Shown here: piece after piece, positions 1 through 12,544 of the stretch
Numbering within the stretch: position 1 is the first letter of the stretch
Layout: each line of letters starts with the position of its first letter
Assembly: GCA_000934665.2 (NCBI GenBank)
Contig: JYFJ02000727.1
Location: 62,001 to 112,047, forward strand
Source: Catajapyx aquilonaris
Taxonomy: Eukaryota
DNA length: 50,047 nucleotides
Direction: 5' to 3'
Translations under genes and position numbers: made by a program
Notes under the pieces: generated by a model
Databases searched by the model: none
What the model was told of the DNA's origin: nothing
What the model saw: the letters and a program-made list of their open reading frames with translations, nothing else

Positions 1-3000
1 ACGTGAGTGAGAGAGATCGTTAGAGTGATATACTCTGAGAATAAGGGAATTCCCAGGTGGTTGTAGTCTACAGTATAATTAAGTAGCCTGCTGAAACTGT
101 ACAGTACCTACATCAGATTCTAATACGGACAATAATTACTAAAAGGCAGGTTTGATTAATTAAATTTTTAAATGGCATACTCCAGACGGAAATTTAGGTC
201 GAGTTGATTTGAGACTTTGATTAGATTCCATGAAGAATTGAAGCGCTTGCAAAGTAGACTCTCAACTGAATAGTACATGAATGCAAGATTTCTGTAGCTA
301 AACTTTGCTGAATTGTTGACCAAAAAAATCATGATTATAAGTTCACTCTAATGTGAACTCAAATAAGAACTTCGTTCTCAGAAAAAAAATGAGAATAATT
401 TTATATCGTGCACAATTTTTTCTTTGCAGGAGAGTATCCAAGTAACTGAGGTATGTTCCTCATGATCTTGGCTAATCTATACCTCAGGCCACCCATCAAA
501 AACTTCAACAACATTTTAGTGGAAGTTCGATAACCCATAGGCTACATTACACGGAGGTGCAGAGTCGAACCCTTGGTCGAACATACAAGTACTATCTTCA
601 GTGAGGGGCACTGCTGCTGCATTAAGGGAGGGAATCGCGCATCGGATTGATTGGCCATGAGTTCCTTGACGACTGCATCTCAAGGATGAACGATGTTGCT
701 AGGGACAAAAGCTATAGAGGGCATTTTTCCATCCAAACCAACCACAGCTCCTACAACTGTTTTGGAAACCGCGTTTCGACCTATTGCTAGAACCTATGCG
801 TACAGCCCGCACTGACATGACGTGCATCCCACAAAACCCAATGTAGTATCCGGCTCAGGGAATCGATCAGTATAGTGTGTCGCACGAGCAGACCATCCAT
901 GGCACGCAATACGTAACTCATACCATTCTGGGAAGGGACGCAGTCGGACAACACAATTCGTCAATGCCAACTCCGGCGCCAATCGCCCTGATCTTCGTCC
1001 CAATGTATTGCCAATCACTCCCGTGCCACTTGCAGAAGACAGGGTTGCGATATAGGAAGTGGACTGTTATTTTTATCCCAGACCAACCACGAAGGTACAA
1101 GACGCCATCGACAAGCCCACCTTCAAAATGCTCCATCAGCAAGCAGGGAGGATGCACACCTTGCACGTCTTCTATCCACCACCTTTTCTTACCATTTTTT
1201 TTCCTTCTCTTTCTTATACCTACCCCCTATAAAACCCGCGTCACACGTACCTCATTGTATGACTTGTTACGGATCAGCTCGGTCGAGATTCTCATGCACC
1301 CTCACGTCCGGTTGGCGCATTGTTCGGTACACGGCAGCACATTACGCCGCATTACACGGGTACAAAGGGCGGGTCCATTAATACGTTTGCTGTTATCAGA
1401 GACTGATTGTCTTCCCAGATGAGCCTGCGGAGAACCGCCCAGGCGCTTTCCAGAAACCGTGCCAAACACCCATTTCGAAATGAGAGAAAGTTTCCGGGAA
1501 TACACCGAGGCTCGGCTCCATCTTCGCAGCATTATATTCCCCCAAGGGAAGTACTCATCATTCACCAACCGGTTCCAATTCACAATTACACGTTGGTTAT
1601 AAGGTGATAGACCCGCCGAGGCTACACAGCATCCTACACACACTGCCTTGCTACCTACACTTTTTGTTATTTTTCCCAGGAGCGTTTTACACGCTGCCAC
1701 TAATAAACTCTCTGGTCTACTTTCTACTTTGCTGCTCTCAAAGATTACTTAACGATTGGGCGCGCTTCGGACTTTTACAACGTTCACTTTGTCCCAACCT
1801 TGACTATTATCCTCATACGGTGCATTCACCTCCACCGAATCCCGTCCGGCACTACGTTAATTACCATGACCCGATTGACGAAGTAATAATGTACGGTACC
1901 GGCAAACTAAACCTGCGCTGGAGTTATGGTCGCAAGTGCAGCAAAACACAACCGGTGGCGTTTCCGGGAACAATGACACCCAAACAAGGTGCGGAAAACA
2001 AAGCCCTGCAATTCCACGCTGTTTAGCCAAAAAACATGCCAAGAATATGCCAGTGCAATGAGCCGGTAAACAAATCCGAGTCCGGAAATTCTGAGCACCA
2101 CACGGCACCTTATCTCCCAGTGCTCAGCGGGTCATAATCCTGAGCTATCTCTCTGACGTCACCGGTAACGCCCTCCTATTAAGAGAACGTACGACGCACC
2201 TCGCCAAACCCACGTAACCGCTGACTAACACCCCCTCCAGCACTATCCAAGAAATCCCCCCCATAAATCGAAATTTTTCCTCCTCCTTATTAGCCATAAC
2301 CCCTCAGGTGGATGCTGCGTGAGAAATGGTGACCAGGTAGTACGGCAAGGTCATGACGTGCATTGAGGCACCCCATGGGAAACCCCTATGGTTCGCATCA
2401 GTGTGACGTCGAATGAACACTGGATATGTGTTTCGGATGGCGGTAATGCAGTGGCCCGAGGGCCGTGATGAATATTATCGTGGCAGCACGCATTTCGGGG
2501 GCGGGCATGGCTCCGGAAGCCATTCTGGGAAGCCTTGTGGGGATCCCCTCCCCTGCACAGCACCCCACCTTCGTCGATCGAACTGCGCTGTTCTCACAGA
2601 CCTGTATTCACGCCCCGGGAACGTGTGGAATTAAACCACCTTCCCCCACCGACAGCAGCCCCCTGCTGCCTATCCTTGCTTCCTTGGCCTGAATGTTATT
2701 TCCCAGAGACTAATTTGGAGCTATTCAGGGCGAATGGCATTCATAGCGCCCAATTAAAGACCAATGCACTGCAGTGGAGCGTGGAAGCCCGCGGAAAAAA
2801 AACTCCATCCTGCAATCGCTGTAATGAGGTAATTTAACTGGAAAGGTGCGCCACTCCAGCAGTCCCGTCGTACCCAGACCTTGTAGTGTTGCATGGGGGA
2901 TGGTGCATATGGGGGCCCTCTTATTCGGACACTCGGCACAGCATGCACGTCGCATCTCGGTAGTAGTGTGAATCGATTTGCATCGGATTGGTAGGCCAAA

Positions 3001-3302
3001 TCGATGTAGGCCAATCCCGGCAACAGCAGCAGCACAGCAGCGGCCAGGCAGTCGGTTCAACGAACCGTGCAAAGTGCTTTCGTGGTCCTGATAATGGGCT
3101 ATAGATGTATGCGAATGGCTCGGGCGATGAAGAAAGTTGGGGATAATAACGGCATAATCAGCCAGGTCCCCTAACTACGTCACGGAAGCCCCCTTATAAC
3201 CCTCGCTGTATACCTTCTTGTGCACTTGCACACACATTTGAAGGGCATGTGCATGTTCGCGATGCTAGGGATGTGCAATATTCCGATAACGTCCACCATG
3301 CC

Positions 3303-3326
3303 AATAACAATAACAATAACAATAAC

Positions 3327-3376
<50 letters not shown>
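3303..3376. repeat. Compound microsatellite (AATAAC)4 followed by (AAT)n
   Basis: Directly visible. It explains the poly-Ile ORF 3220..3426. Confidence 0.95.
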
Positions 3377-3377
<1 letters not shown>

Positions 3378-3540
3378 TTTTCAATACACGTTTTTATTCA
3401 TTAACTGCGCAGCTCATGGATTTTGATTGTGGGACAAAACGGGAGAATCCCGAAAAAACCCGCCGAAGCTCTTCCACGGGCTCTCCCGACCCGGGGATCG
3501 AGAGCGGGGCCTCAGAGGTGGAAGGCTGCGAGTCTGCGAC
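3303..3540 (-). mobile_element. 5'-truncated tRNA-derived SINE with (TTA)n/(GTTATT)n tail
   Basis: The minus strand reads CCTTCCACCTCTGAGGCCCC-GCTCTCGATCCCCGG (tRNA-like head with a degenerate B box). Next comes GCGGGTTTTTTCGGGATTCTCCCGTTTTGTCCCAC, resembling the conserved V/Meta-type SINE core GGGTTTTCTCCGGGTACTCCGGTTTCCTCCCAC. AATAAA (3398-3393) and a simple-repeat tail follow. Confidence 0.6.
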
Positions 3541-6500
3541 GATAACAATAATTATGCCACCGCGCAAGGGAATATAATATTCGATGTTCCGTTGCGATAC
3601 TGGATTTGTCGACGTCAGCGTGCAATAGTCGATGTGCGCAACATGCAATATTGGCGAGTTGTAACATTTCGCCCTTAGACATGTAGCATGCTAGTCAATA
3701 CTAGCTATACATTACAAATTAAATAATACGAAATTAAATTACACAATAGCCATAGTCTTATTTATATTGCATGCGATTCAGAATTTACGAAATATCGATA
3801 TGAACATCACGATATCGTGCAGCCCTACATGTGAAGTTTGGTGAATAACCCCGCGCTAATTTACACACACATAGCCCCTACCTACAGTAAAACTGCATCC
3901 GGGGCCCCAACTCCAAGTGTCCAAATAAAGCAAGACTAATGTGAATGCAGGCCCTCCTGCTTCTCCTCCTCCTCCTCCTCTTTCACTATCGATCCGTCCG
4001 CACGAATCACAATAGGCCCTAGATGTAATCTAATCATAATGAATGCGTTTGTTCGTGCAGCATTCAGCCATCAAAATAATATCCTTGGGACGGATAGATA
4101 TGCATCATGGGAGGAAGACTCCGACGTACGTTCCCAATAGGTTATCATCAAGGTCCGCGGGTTAATACACTTTCGCCCTTCCACAGAAATAGGCCCCTTG
4201 CTGGAGCTTTTTGGTAAGCAAATGAGGAATATTATGGGCCGCAGCACGCACATGTCCGATACACGCCCATATCGCAGTAATACATGCTCGCTCGATTTTT
4301 TAAAAACATGGACTAACTGGTTATATCACGTTTGGTTTCGCCACTAGCTCCAAGAAGTGCAAATTTTTTAAACTATAAAGCTCAGGGGATAATATGGGTG
4401 TACCAACGGGTTGGCTAGTTGCCATGAATGAGCGCAGAGACCTGTTATACAACCGTCCGGTGACGTTTATTACTTCGGATACGTCGTCATGGCTTCACCT
4501 CTTGAGCGTAATCGTCCCTAGAACGACTTCTCGTCACACACCGGGTAATGGATATTACATATTTTTCCAATAAGGCTTAAGTCGGCTGTGGCAGTAATTC
4601 TTTCCTATATTGACAAGCCTATAGCATACGCGTCAAACCAGAGGCGTTATTCACTGCAAAGAGTCCAGTTACAAATAATTACGTACCGACCACGTAGGGT
4701 GAGCAAACTCACGGTTAGCCACCCCGGAAAGTGTCTGCCTCATGAAATATACCATATGCATAATATGCAGTATAGGTCTATAGGTGGATCGAGGGTCAGT
4801 CTGCATTACAGAGGGCGTGTTTCTGGGAGTCCAGCGCATTCATGTAGCTCAGTCTAGCGTTATAAGTTTTGCTATACGCATGTTCTGACCGTTAGACACT
4901 CGCTTAGACGACAGGCAGGTTTCTAAAGAAGATCCGTCCTGTACATACAGTATTAGACAAAAGTAGGCTACGAACAGCTTTACGAACCTATATAGCTTGG
5001 GAAAACATTTCTGATCCGTTCCCTGGGCTGTGTTTGTGTACAGTACTACAGCAGCAGGATGCTTTTATGCGAGCGCACTGAATTGGGCGTATACAATTAT
5101 GTTGAGACTTGTTGGCAGTGATTAGAGTTAGTTGTACGCCAAAATTATGGAGAAAATGTTAAAAGTCGTTTCATATCATTGTCATTAGAAATGTTTGAAA
5201 ATGCTGACAGGTGAAACTAAAATGGGTGCATGATATATTGGTTAGCAACTTTTCCAGGACGAGAAAAGGATGATCTTTTTTCAGTCTTAATCTGCCAGTC
5301 GAGCTCAGCAGATTATACAACTTAAAACACAGGAATTCGATTTCCAAATACTAGTTTATCTAATTTTACCGGTTTCAACAGCCGATAATTGCACGTTTTC
5401 GGCTAAGCGCTTAACGATATCAAGATAACGGATGGACTGCAAAAGGTCAGGTAGTGTACGTATATTAGTTGCAGACTGAGTGTCTCAATCGATAATCGTA
5501 AATTTTGATAATGACTTATCCGAATATACTGTGAAACGCCAGTAAAATTTTCTTAATGGAAGCTAAATGATAACAACCTCTCGCACATATACTGTATACT
5601 GCCACTGGTGTATTTTCTGACACATAAGGTGTGCTATTAAAATTAGATATTAAAATTCAAAATACCACATATGTGTTACCTTTGGATATTAGCATTTGAA
5701 TAACCCAATATGGCCCCTAAGCTGCTCACATTTTTTTATATTACGCATAAGGCCAGGAGAGGTTAGTCACTTTTCTAGTACGTGGGCGTCTCCTTAAACT
5801 ACGACTCCATATCAGAACTATACTATAACAATTTACTCAGTTGTAAAAAAAAAAAAACATAGACAGACAGAGGAATGGCTCAATCTCTACGCTAAAAATA
5901 TCTCATATGTTTGGAGAGTAGGGTTCATTATCAAATACTGGCATGCTAAGCCTCTAATCGCATTTATGCGCATTAATATTATTAGCATGCTCTCAGGAAA
6001 TCAGTAACCTAGAGCAAATGTGCCAAAGACATTAAGTAGCATCTCACTTCTAAAGTCATAAAATTAGTGAAAAATTTCAAGCATCATCTATAGCTACCAA
6101 TGTTATTGCACAATCATTATAGGCATGATGAATACCAAATCATCCCTTACAAAGAAATTACTGGAAATAGCCCCTAGTATGTATGTATGCACATAAGTAG
6201 TTCACGGCGTCGTTAAAGCCAGTAGACACATGAAAGTATAATGCCCGGTGTAATCCATTCACAAGGATGGTTTAAGCAAATGCTCCGATCGAAAGGACAT
6301 CAGTGCTTGTTTGTCACACGCATATCTCAGGTAACACATGTAAATATGCATCAAAAGGCCCAAATCTATGTCTCTGACGTCAATCCACCCCAATTTCCGA
6401 ATCGAACTCTTACCGGCGCCACGTTCCCCTCTACACGCTATACTGACTTATAAGCCTAATCACACACAGTCAACTCTGTCAATGTGACCTTCAGCTGCAC

Positions 6501-9500
6501 TCTTCTCCTTGATATCATACTTGGCAGATACAAGCAGGGGTACCCCCACTCTCCAGCCCTGGATTCGATACGAATGCACAGCCCTGTGAAACGCACGGTG
6601 GAAAACTACTGTCTATAAATCCGGTTGGAATTTTCTGGAAAGCCTGACACCGTAACGGCAGAAAAATTGAGGTTACAGCTACAGTGGCCATTTCCCACCC
6701 TGAAATATGGCCGGCCAAAGAGTCAGGAAGATGATTAACTTCGCCATGCTCCATTTGGGTGTCGGACTTGGAAGTGTAATCTCGTTCGAGAATGCTGGCC
6801 CACGACTATGAAAAACCACCAGTGTCCGTATGGTAGCCGACGCAATTAATTCCACTGCACCAAGAGGTACATTGTTGTCCCCCAAAAAAGGCAAACCATA
6901 TTCAAACCTAAACAAACCGTCGAAGTGGACTAACTTCAAAAAGGGCCAACTAGCCCTTCCAAATCGATAGAGGAGAGTGCATTATTTAACCCCTTTTTCT
7001 GTGTCTGTTCTCCATCGAACGTTGGCACCACCACCCAACGGGAGATGCCCATCGACCTCCGCATGAAAAATTAATCTGCGTTGCAGCCGCCCAGGCGAAT
7101 TGGATTTACTGATGGCTTCATTCCAACACTGTTGCTAACTGAAACTCATTTAAAAGGCTTACAGCGTTCGGTGGACTGAATTATTGAAGTACTATCCTCT
7201 GGTGTTGTCGCCGCTCTGAAGCTTGGCTTTCGTAAATGAGCTCAAGCTCCCCCTACGCTCTGCGAGCTTTTCAGGCGAAACTTTCGTACCGGCTCACTTG
7301 GTCTGCATGCGTATGATGGGGGAGGAGGGTATGCCCAAAGTTCACTTTCGCCGCTTACAACACTGCCGACCAAAAGCTGCGATATCCCCTTGGTCATATT
7401 TGCCTGTCGGCATGATTACATTTTGCGTTGGCTTTACATTGAGATTAAGTTCGAACTTAAAATAAGTCGATCCTATACTGCCGCGTAAGCTTGTCTTGTG
7501 AAGGTCAAAACGTTGACAGCATGTGTGATGTGCACTGACCTTATGCAGTCCGATAATAGCCGCCCGGGTCACCTTCCCAACCTGAAACATAAGATGCATT
7601 ATCGCACAGTTCAGTAAATAGATTGGCAACAAGGCCGTTATGTGATCGGGGAAAAAACACAATATATCAGCCTACCTCAACTGATCAACAGCAATAAATA
7701 AAGTTATACAAGAGCAGATAACTTTTGGTCATGCAGCCCTGTAAACCTATACACTCCCCTGGCCATCATATAGAAGCTATTATGTGTATACTGTGTTAGA
7801 GTATACAGTAACGTCCTGCAAGCTAGTTTGTACTGCACTAGATAAACATGTCCTATATACCCTATTGACCCGACGAGAAATCAATAACCCTCTGTGGCGC
7901 ACCTAAAAAAAATCCCCGAGGAAAAGTCTCATCATTACCATAATCCAACAAGTCTGTTGTTCAAACATGGCATCTATAATAGTAGGATTAAATGAAGAAT
8001 CTCTAAAACGGATCTACACTACGATAAATCTGCAACATATAAGAGCATGTGGCATCTTAGGATCTGTCCTGAACCTTGCCACGACCCCAAGTCACTGTTG
8101 GTACATCTGCGGTCATTTCGCAACCTTCTCACTTCTATACGTAGCAATACAGTGCACCTGATGCATTGGTTACCCTTGAAAAGAACCCGTGTTGCAAGAG
8201 CCATAATTATACATGTGAATCGTGTATCTTCATGTATGAAGCATCAGTTCCACCTAAAAGGAGAGGCAGGGCGTGCGCGGCTATGTGCCGGTACAAAGAG
8301 GTCGTATCATTGAAATACCCTATACCGGTGTGCTATGCAGGTCACTCGCCTTGGCAAAGGCGTCGGAACCTATACAATGCCTATAGGCGTGCGGCTGAAA
8401 AGTCTCTCAGCCAACAGCGAAGCGCCGTATAAACTGGCTGCCTCTTCAGATTGTTTCCGCCTGACATTTAATTATGGTACAAAATCACTTGGCAACATTT
8501 CCTAATCCACCCATTAATCTTTCTTAGAAGCCAACCGCCTAGAGCTCCATAATTATTATGGCTCCCCCAGTCTCGAATCCTCCCTTTTTAAAAAAAGAAG
8601 TCGGATTGTGCAAAGGTTAGTCTTGGAAGACTTCTCAAGATATCGCTCCTTTTGCAAAAGCGGACTGAGGGGAAAGAGAGAGAGGCCTGGAGTCAAAGCA
8701 AAACTTTGAGATACTGTAACGCTGTCAATATCGCCCGAATTCACCGAATTGAGAAAGTTGGAAAGTAGGCAGAAATTTTTCTTTCTCCTCCGTGTACACA
8801 GAGAAACCTTCAGTTTCACCATCGCTATACGACTTCAGCTCCGAAAACCTGGGTGAGCAACCTGGGCCAAGTATGCGGGTCCTTCCGCCTAAAATAGAGC
8901 CGTCCCCTGCATGTGCTCCCCAGGTTGCCACACTCCGGAGTCGTTACATTTTGGCCAAGGTATGGGCTCGTCACACCAGCAGTAGGGGGTCGACCTGTTC
9001 TACTCAATCAAGTAGTGGGGCTAGATCTAAACCGTTTTGCAATGAGGTCTAAGTAGGCGGCAGCTTATATAGGAGACCTTCTAGTCCGGGGTCATCCACC
9101 TCCAGGTCCTGAAGGACCTCTTGGGCTTGGTGGAAACAAACATGTTCCCCACTCCGCCTTCTTCATGGCAACGCCCCATCAGGTTCTCGCCTGGAAAGAA
9201 AACTGAGCTCGCTTAATTTCACCTCATTTCCCATACATCCGGCGCAGGGACGCTAAATCCACTGAAAATCAATTGAAAAGCTGCAGCGGTGTTTGCTAAC
9301 GGATGCAACCGGGAGAGACCTACCAAGCTTTCTTTTTTACACTTTACAGTGTGACACTCTATATCCACTTCGACGTGGTCTGCATGTCAATCCGGGGGGC
9401 TTCTGATCGCCCAAATCCTTCAACAGTATGTCCTGTTTTGCGACTAAAATATTGGAGATACAGAAGCTAATTTGCTGAAATTGGCGTCACAAACTATCAA

Positions 9501-12414
9501 GCGGAGAATGAAACTCTGCTACCAGCTTTTTCCACTTGGAAGAATTTTAAAACGGGTTTCGCCTTACTGACATGATCTTAACGTATGCATGCTTGCTCAC
9601 TACATGTTTCCGCAAAAAAAAAAGGTACTAACGAGGATTAAAACTCTGTGCATCATTATGATGCGCATATTTGGGTACATAGGCCATGGGCTCTTTTCTT
9701 AACCAAGTAAGGAAAACAAAGTCAAGGCATTCACGTTATTAGCATATTTGGAAGCGTGACAGCTTTCATCAAGGATACATTTGTTTAATCAAGTACTGGG
9801 CATTATTCTCCTTGCAGGCTTTCTCTGCACACGTTTCATGCTACCCAAGCGCAAATTAAGCCGCTTTTGTGACGTGGACGTCTTTGATCCATGTAATTTT
9901 GCCACAATAAATTGATAACTTGCATATCCGCTATTATGAAAAATCATTGCTTCAACAAGTGCGTTACATGAAAGTAAAATAATTGCAGTTATTAGTGATG
10001 AGAGTCATCAGGAGTCTGCAAAGAAGGTTGCCATGGGAATCCGTCAGTTGGTAGGCCTAATATTATTCCAGTCACCTTGGTGGGTTTCCCAGAGGAACGG
10101 CACAAAAAAAACTACGTCTGAGAGGTGACCTAGAAATAAATAACTTCACTTATTAATGAGGATGCGACGTTCAAGGAAGTTCATAACAACATTCTCTGAC
10201 TATTTTCACACCATCTGACATTTCCGTAAGTAAATTTCCTGTGCTCTCTCAACCATACAGTTATATATATCCTCATTTCAAATCGCGATGAGAGCTGGGA
10301 AAAAATTACGAGCATGAACAAGACCTTGCGATTAATAAAACTATCAGATGCAGTGTGTATCACGAAGCACATTTCAATGGAGATTCATCATTAATTTTGT
10401 TTCGCATAACAGAATAACTCACATAAACCATGGACAAGGGATGTAGTGCAACATGAACCCCTCCGTTACTCTACCATTACTGTTTACCGAGAGATGTAGT
10501 ATGCTCTTCAGAGCATTCAGACCAAATACAACAAACATTCATCGCTTCCTTAACATGTTCACAGCATACGTATTTCAGTTAGTGCACAAATACAGTTGCA
10601 TTCAGGCACTCGTTATTTCCTACTGAGCCTTGGTATTACAGTACAGCGGAGTGTGTATACGTACTGTACACTTAATATAATTAAGATATCAAATGTCGTC
10701 CTCTCCCTCTAGTATATCATACGAAATGTAAGCTAAAATGTTGATAGCCTACTAATATTGCAAACGCGCAACTAAGCAAATTGCGCAGTACAGTATGCAA
10801 TATTAATTTGCAACACTGTACAACGACCGCATGTTTTTATACTCTACGGGGGCTTCAATTGTAGCAAGTTATATCATTTTGACTGCCTCCTTTCATTTTA
10901 GTAGTCACAACAATGCCACTACCCATGCAGTCCCCAATGTAATTTGCATACTGCAACAACACACCAACAACAGAAACTGCACAGATAAGACTATGCACGG
11001 GATATTAGGCGACGATCCCGCTCGCATAAAAACCAACAAGTTTCTCAAGAGGCGACCCTAAGAGATGAGCCAAGTTGGCTCAGTTACCAACCGGATTTGG
11101 TTCCGAATCTCGGAAGACATCGGGGAACCTTGACAGAGTTGTTTGCCCCTAGATCGTAAACTGCCTCCTGGCAACCTCCACCATACATCAGCAAGAGAGA
11201 GAGCCCCGCTGCCTGCAACGGCCCAACCCTGCATGCCGCTGCATGTTCAGACTTGAGAGTTGCAAGATCCCCTACCCGCCCCAGGAAAGTAATTATAGTA
11301 ACTAGTGGGGCCAGAGTTGGCAACACAGCTCACGAATCGGCAAGTGTCCTCTGGAATATCCCAAGCCCTCTAGTGCAGCTCAATCGCTCGACCTGCCAGG
11401 ATTACAAGCCCCTTATGTAATGGCGGCGAAAGTCTGCTGCACACCAACAATTGGACGGTACCGCGCAGAAACAACCATTGCTGCACACTGGTAGCACTTT
11501 CGAACCACTTGGATGTTTCCCAAAGCGCTAATATTTCAAAAGCCTAATGGGAGTACTGAAATTATACGCGCAATGTGAACCCCCTCATTGTCTTCTGTGC
11601 AGTGTTACAATTGCGTAACTCGTCCTTTACGTCCCCAGTAAGATCCCATGTGGTTCCTTCTCCGTCCCTCAAGATCAATCAATGCCGAAGATGAAACTGG
11701 CAGAATCGAGTTACGAGCCTCTCTGGGAGATAACACACAAATGAATCCTAACCGGCCCATAAACGAGGGCTGGAAGGGAAGGAATTCTTCTAGTCCCTGC
11801 TAGGCTGCCAATGGTAATCTACGACTGAGCTGCCCAAAATCTTTGGGGACGAGGTACAAAACCCATAAAAGCGGGGATTCCAACTCACTAATCCCTACCA
11901 CTAGACCATCGTGAATGCAAAATACAGGTCGGCCATAAATCAGTCCGCCCACCATTGGTACATTAGCTTCCAGGAACTTTCCGAGAATGTAATGGCATAC
12001 ATGGAGGGCGACACAAATGGATGCTACACGAAAGTGCCAAGCCATACAGTTCTTTACGCGTCTAAATTTAACATGCAAGTCATTAAGGCTCAGTCAGTGG
12101 ACTTTATTTTATTTTTTGCACGAAAGCGTCATAATATGGCTTCCTACACGGCAACGGAAATTGCATGTCTAAGTAGACGCCAAAACAACTCAGCCCGGAA
12201 CTGTCAAACCCACAAAGTAAATTAACAATATTAGTTGAATATGCAGATCAGCAAAGAGTGTATAGCTACATCATAGCGCAGGTGTTCCGTACGTATTTGG
12301 ACGGTAATGTTGTTAAAGTGCATACGTCAGATGGCCCAGTTGTTCAAAATATTAACTACTTTTAAAAGATTTATACAACGTAGGCTATGTATTATTATCA
12401 GCTTGCATAACACT

Positions 12415-12544
12415 GGCCCAGTTGCACAGGAGAACACTTTTATGTAGAAAAGTGGCCTGAAAATGGATGAAAAATCGTTGTTTATTGTTGACAAATGGAA
12501 ATTTTCAGTCGAAAAATGTTTCCCGGGAGTGGTGCAACCGGCCC
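12415..12544. mobile_element. Possible PIF/Harbinger-type MITE
   Basis: GGCCCAGTTGCAC (12415) versus reverse complement of the right end GGGCCGGTTGCAC: 11/13 match. A second GGCCCAGTTG lies ~80 bp upstream. TSD unclear. Confidence 0.35.

Larger units (their letters stand above)
3266..3827. mobile_element. Degenerate hAT-like MITE (TAGGG...CCCTA termini) interrupted by a SINE
   Basis: Left end TAGGGATGTGCAATAT (3266) versus reverse complement of right end TAGGGCTGCACGATAT (ends 3827): 12/16 match. Several internal CGATA motifs resemble hAT subterminal repeats. No intact 8-bp TSD seen. Confidence 0.45.

Noticed and set aside
3220..3426. Poly-Ile ORF resembling a membrane peptide
   Set aside because: It is the translation of the (AAT)n microsatellite.
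4270..4570. Possible Crypton-like non-autonomous element
   Set aside because: Only vague internal inverted similarity (GGTTATATCAC / GTTATACAACC); no definable ends.
6500..9200. GC-richer patches with short minus-strand ORFs and an acceptor-like site near 9191
   Set aside because: Frames are interrupted by stops and I recognise no protein or TE domain. They may be decayed exons or repeats, but a call cannot be supported.
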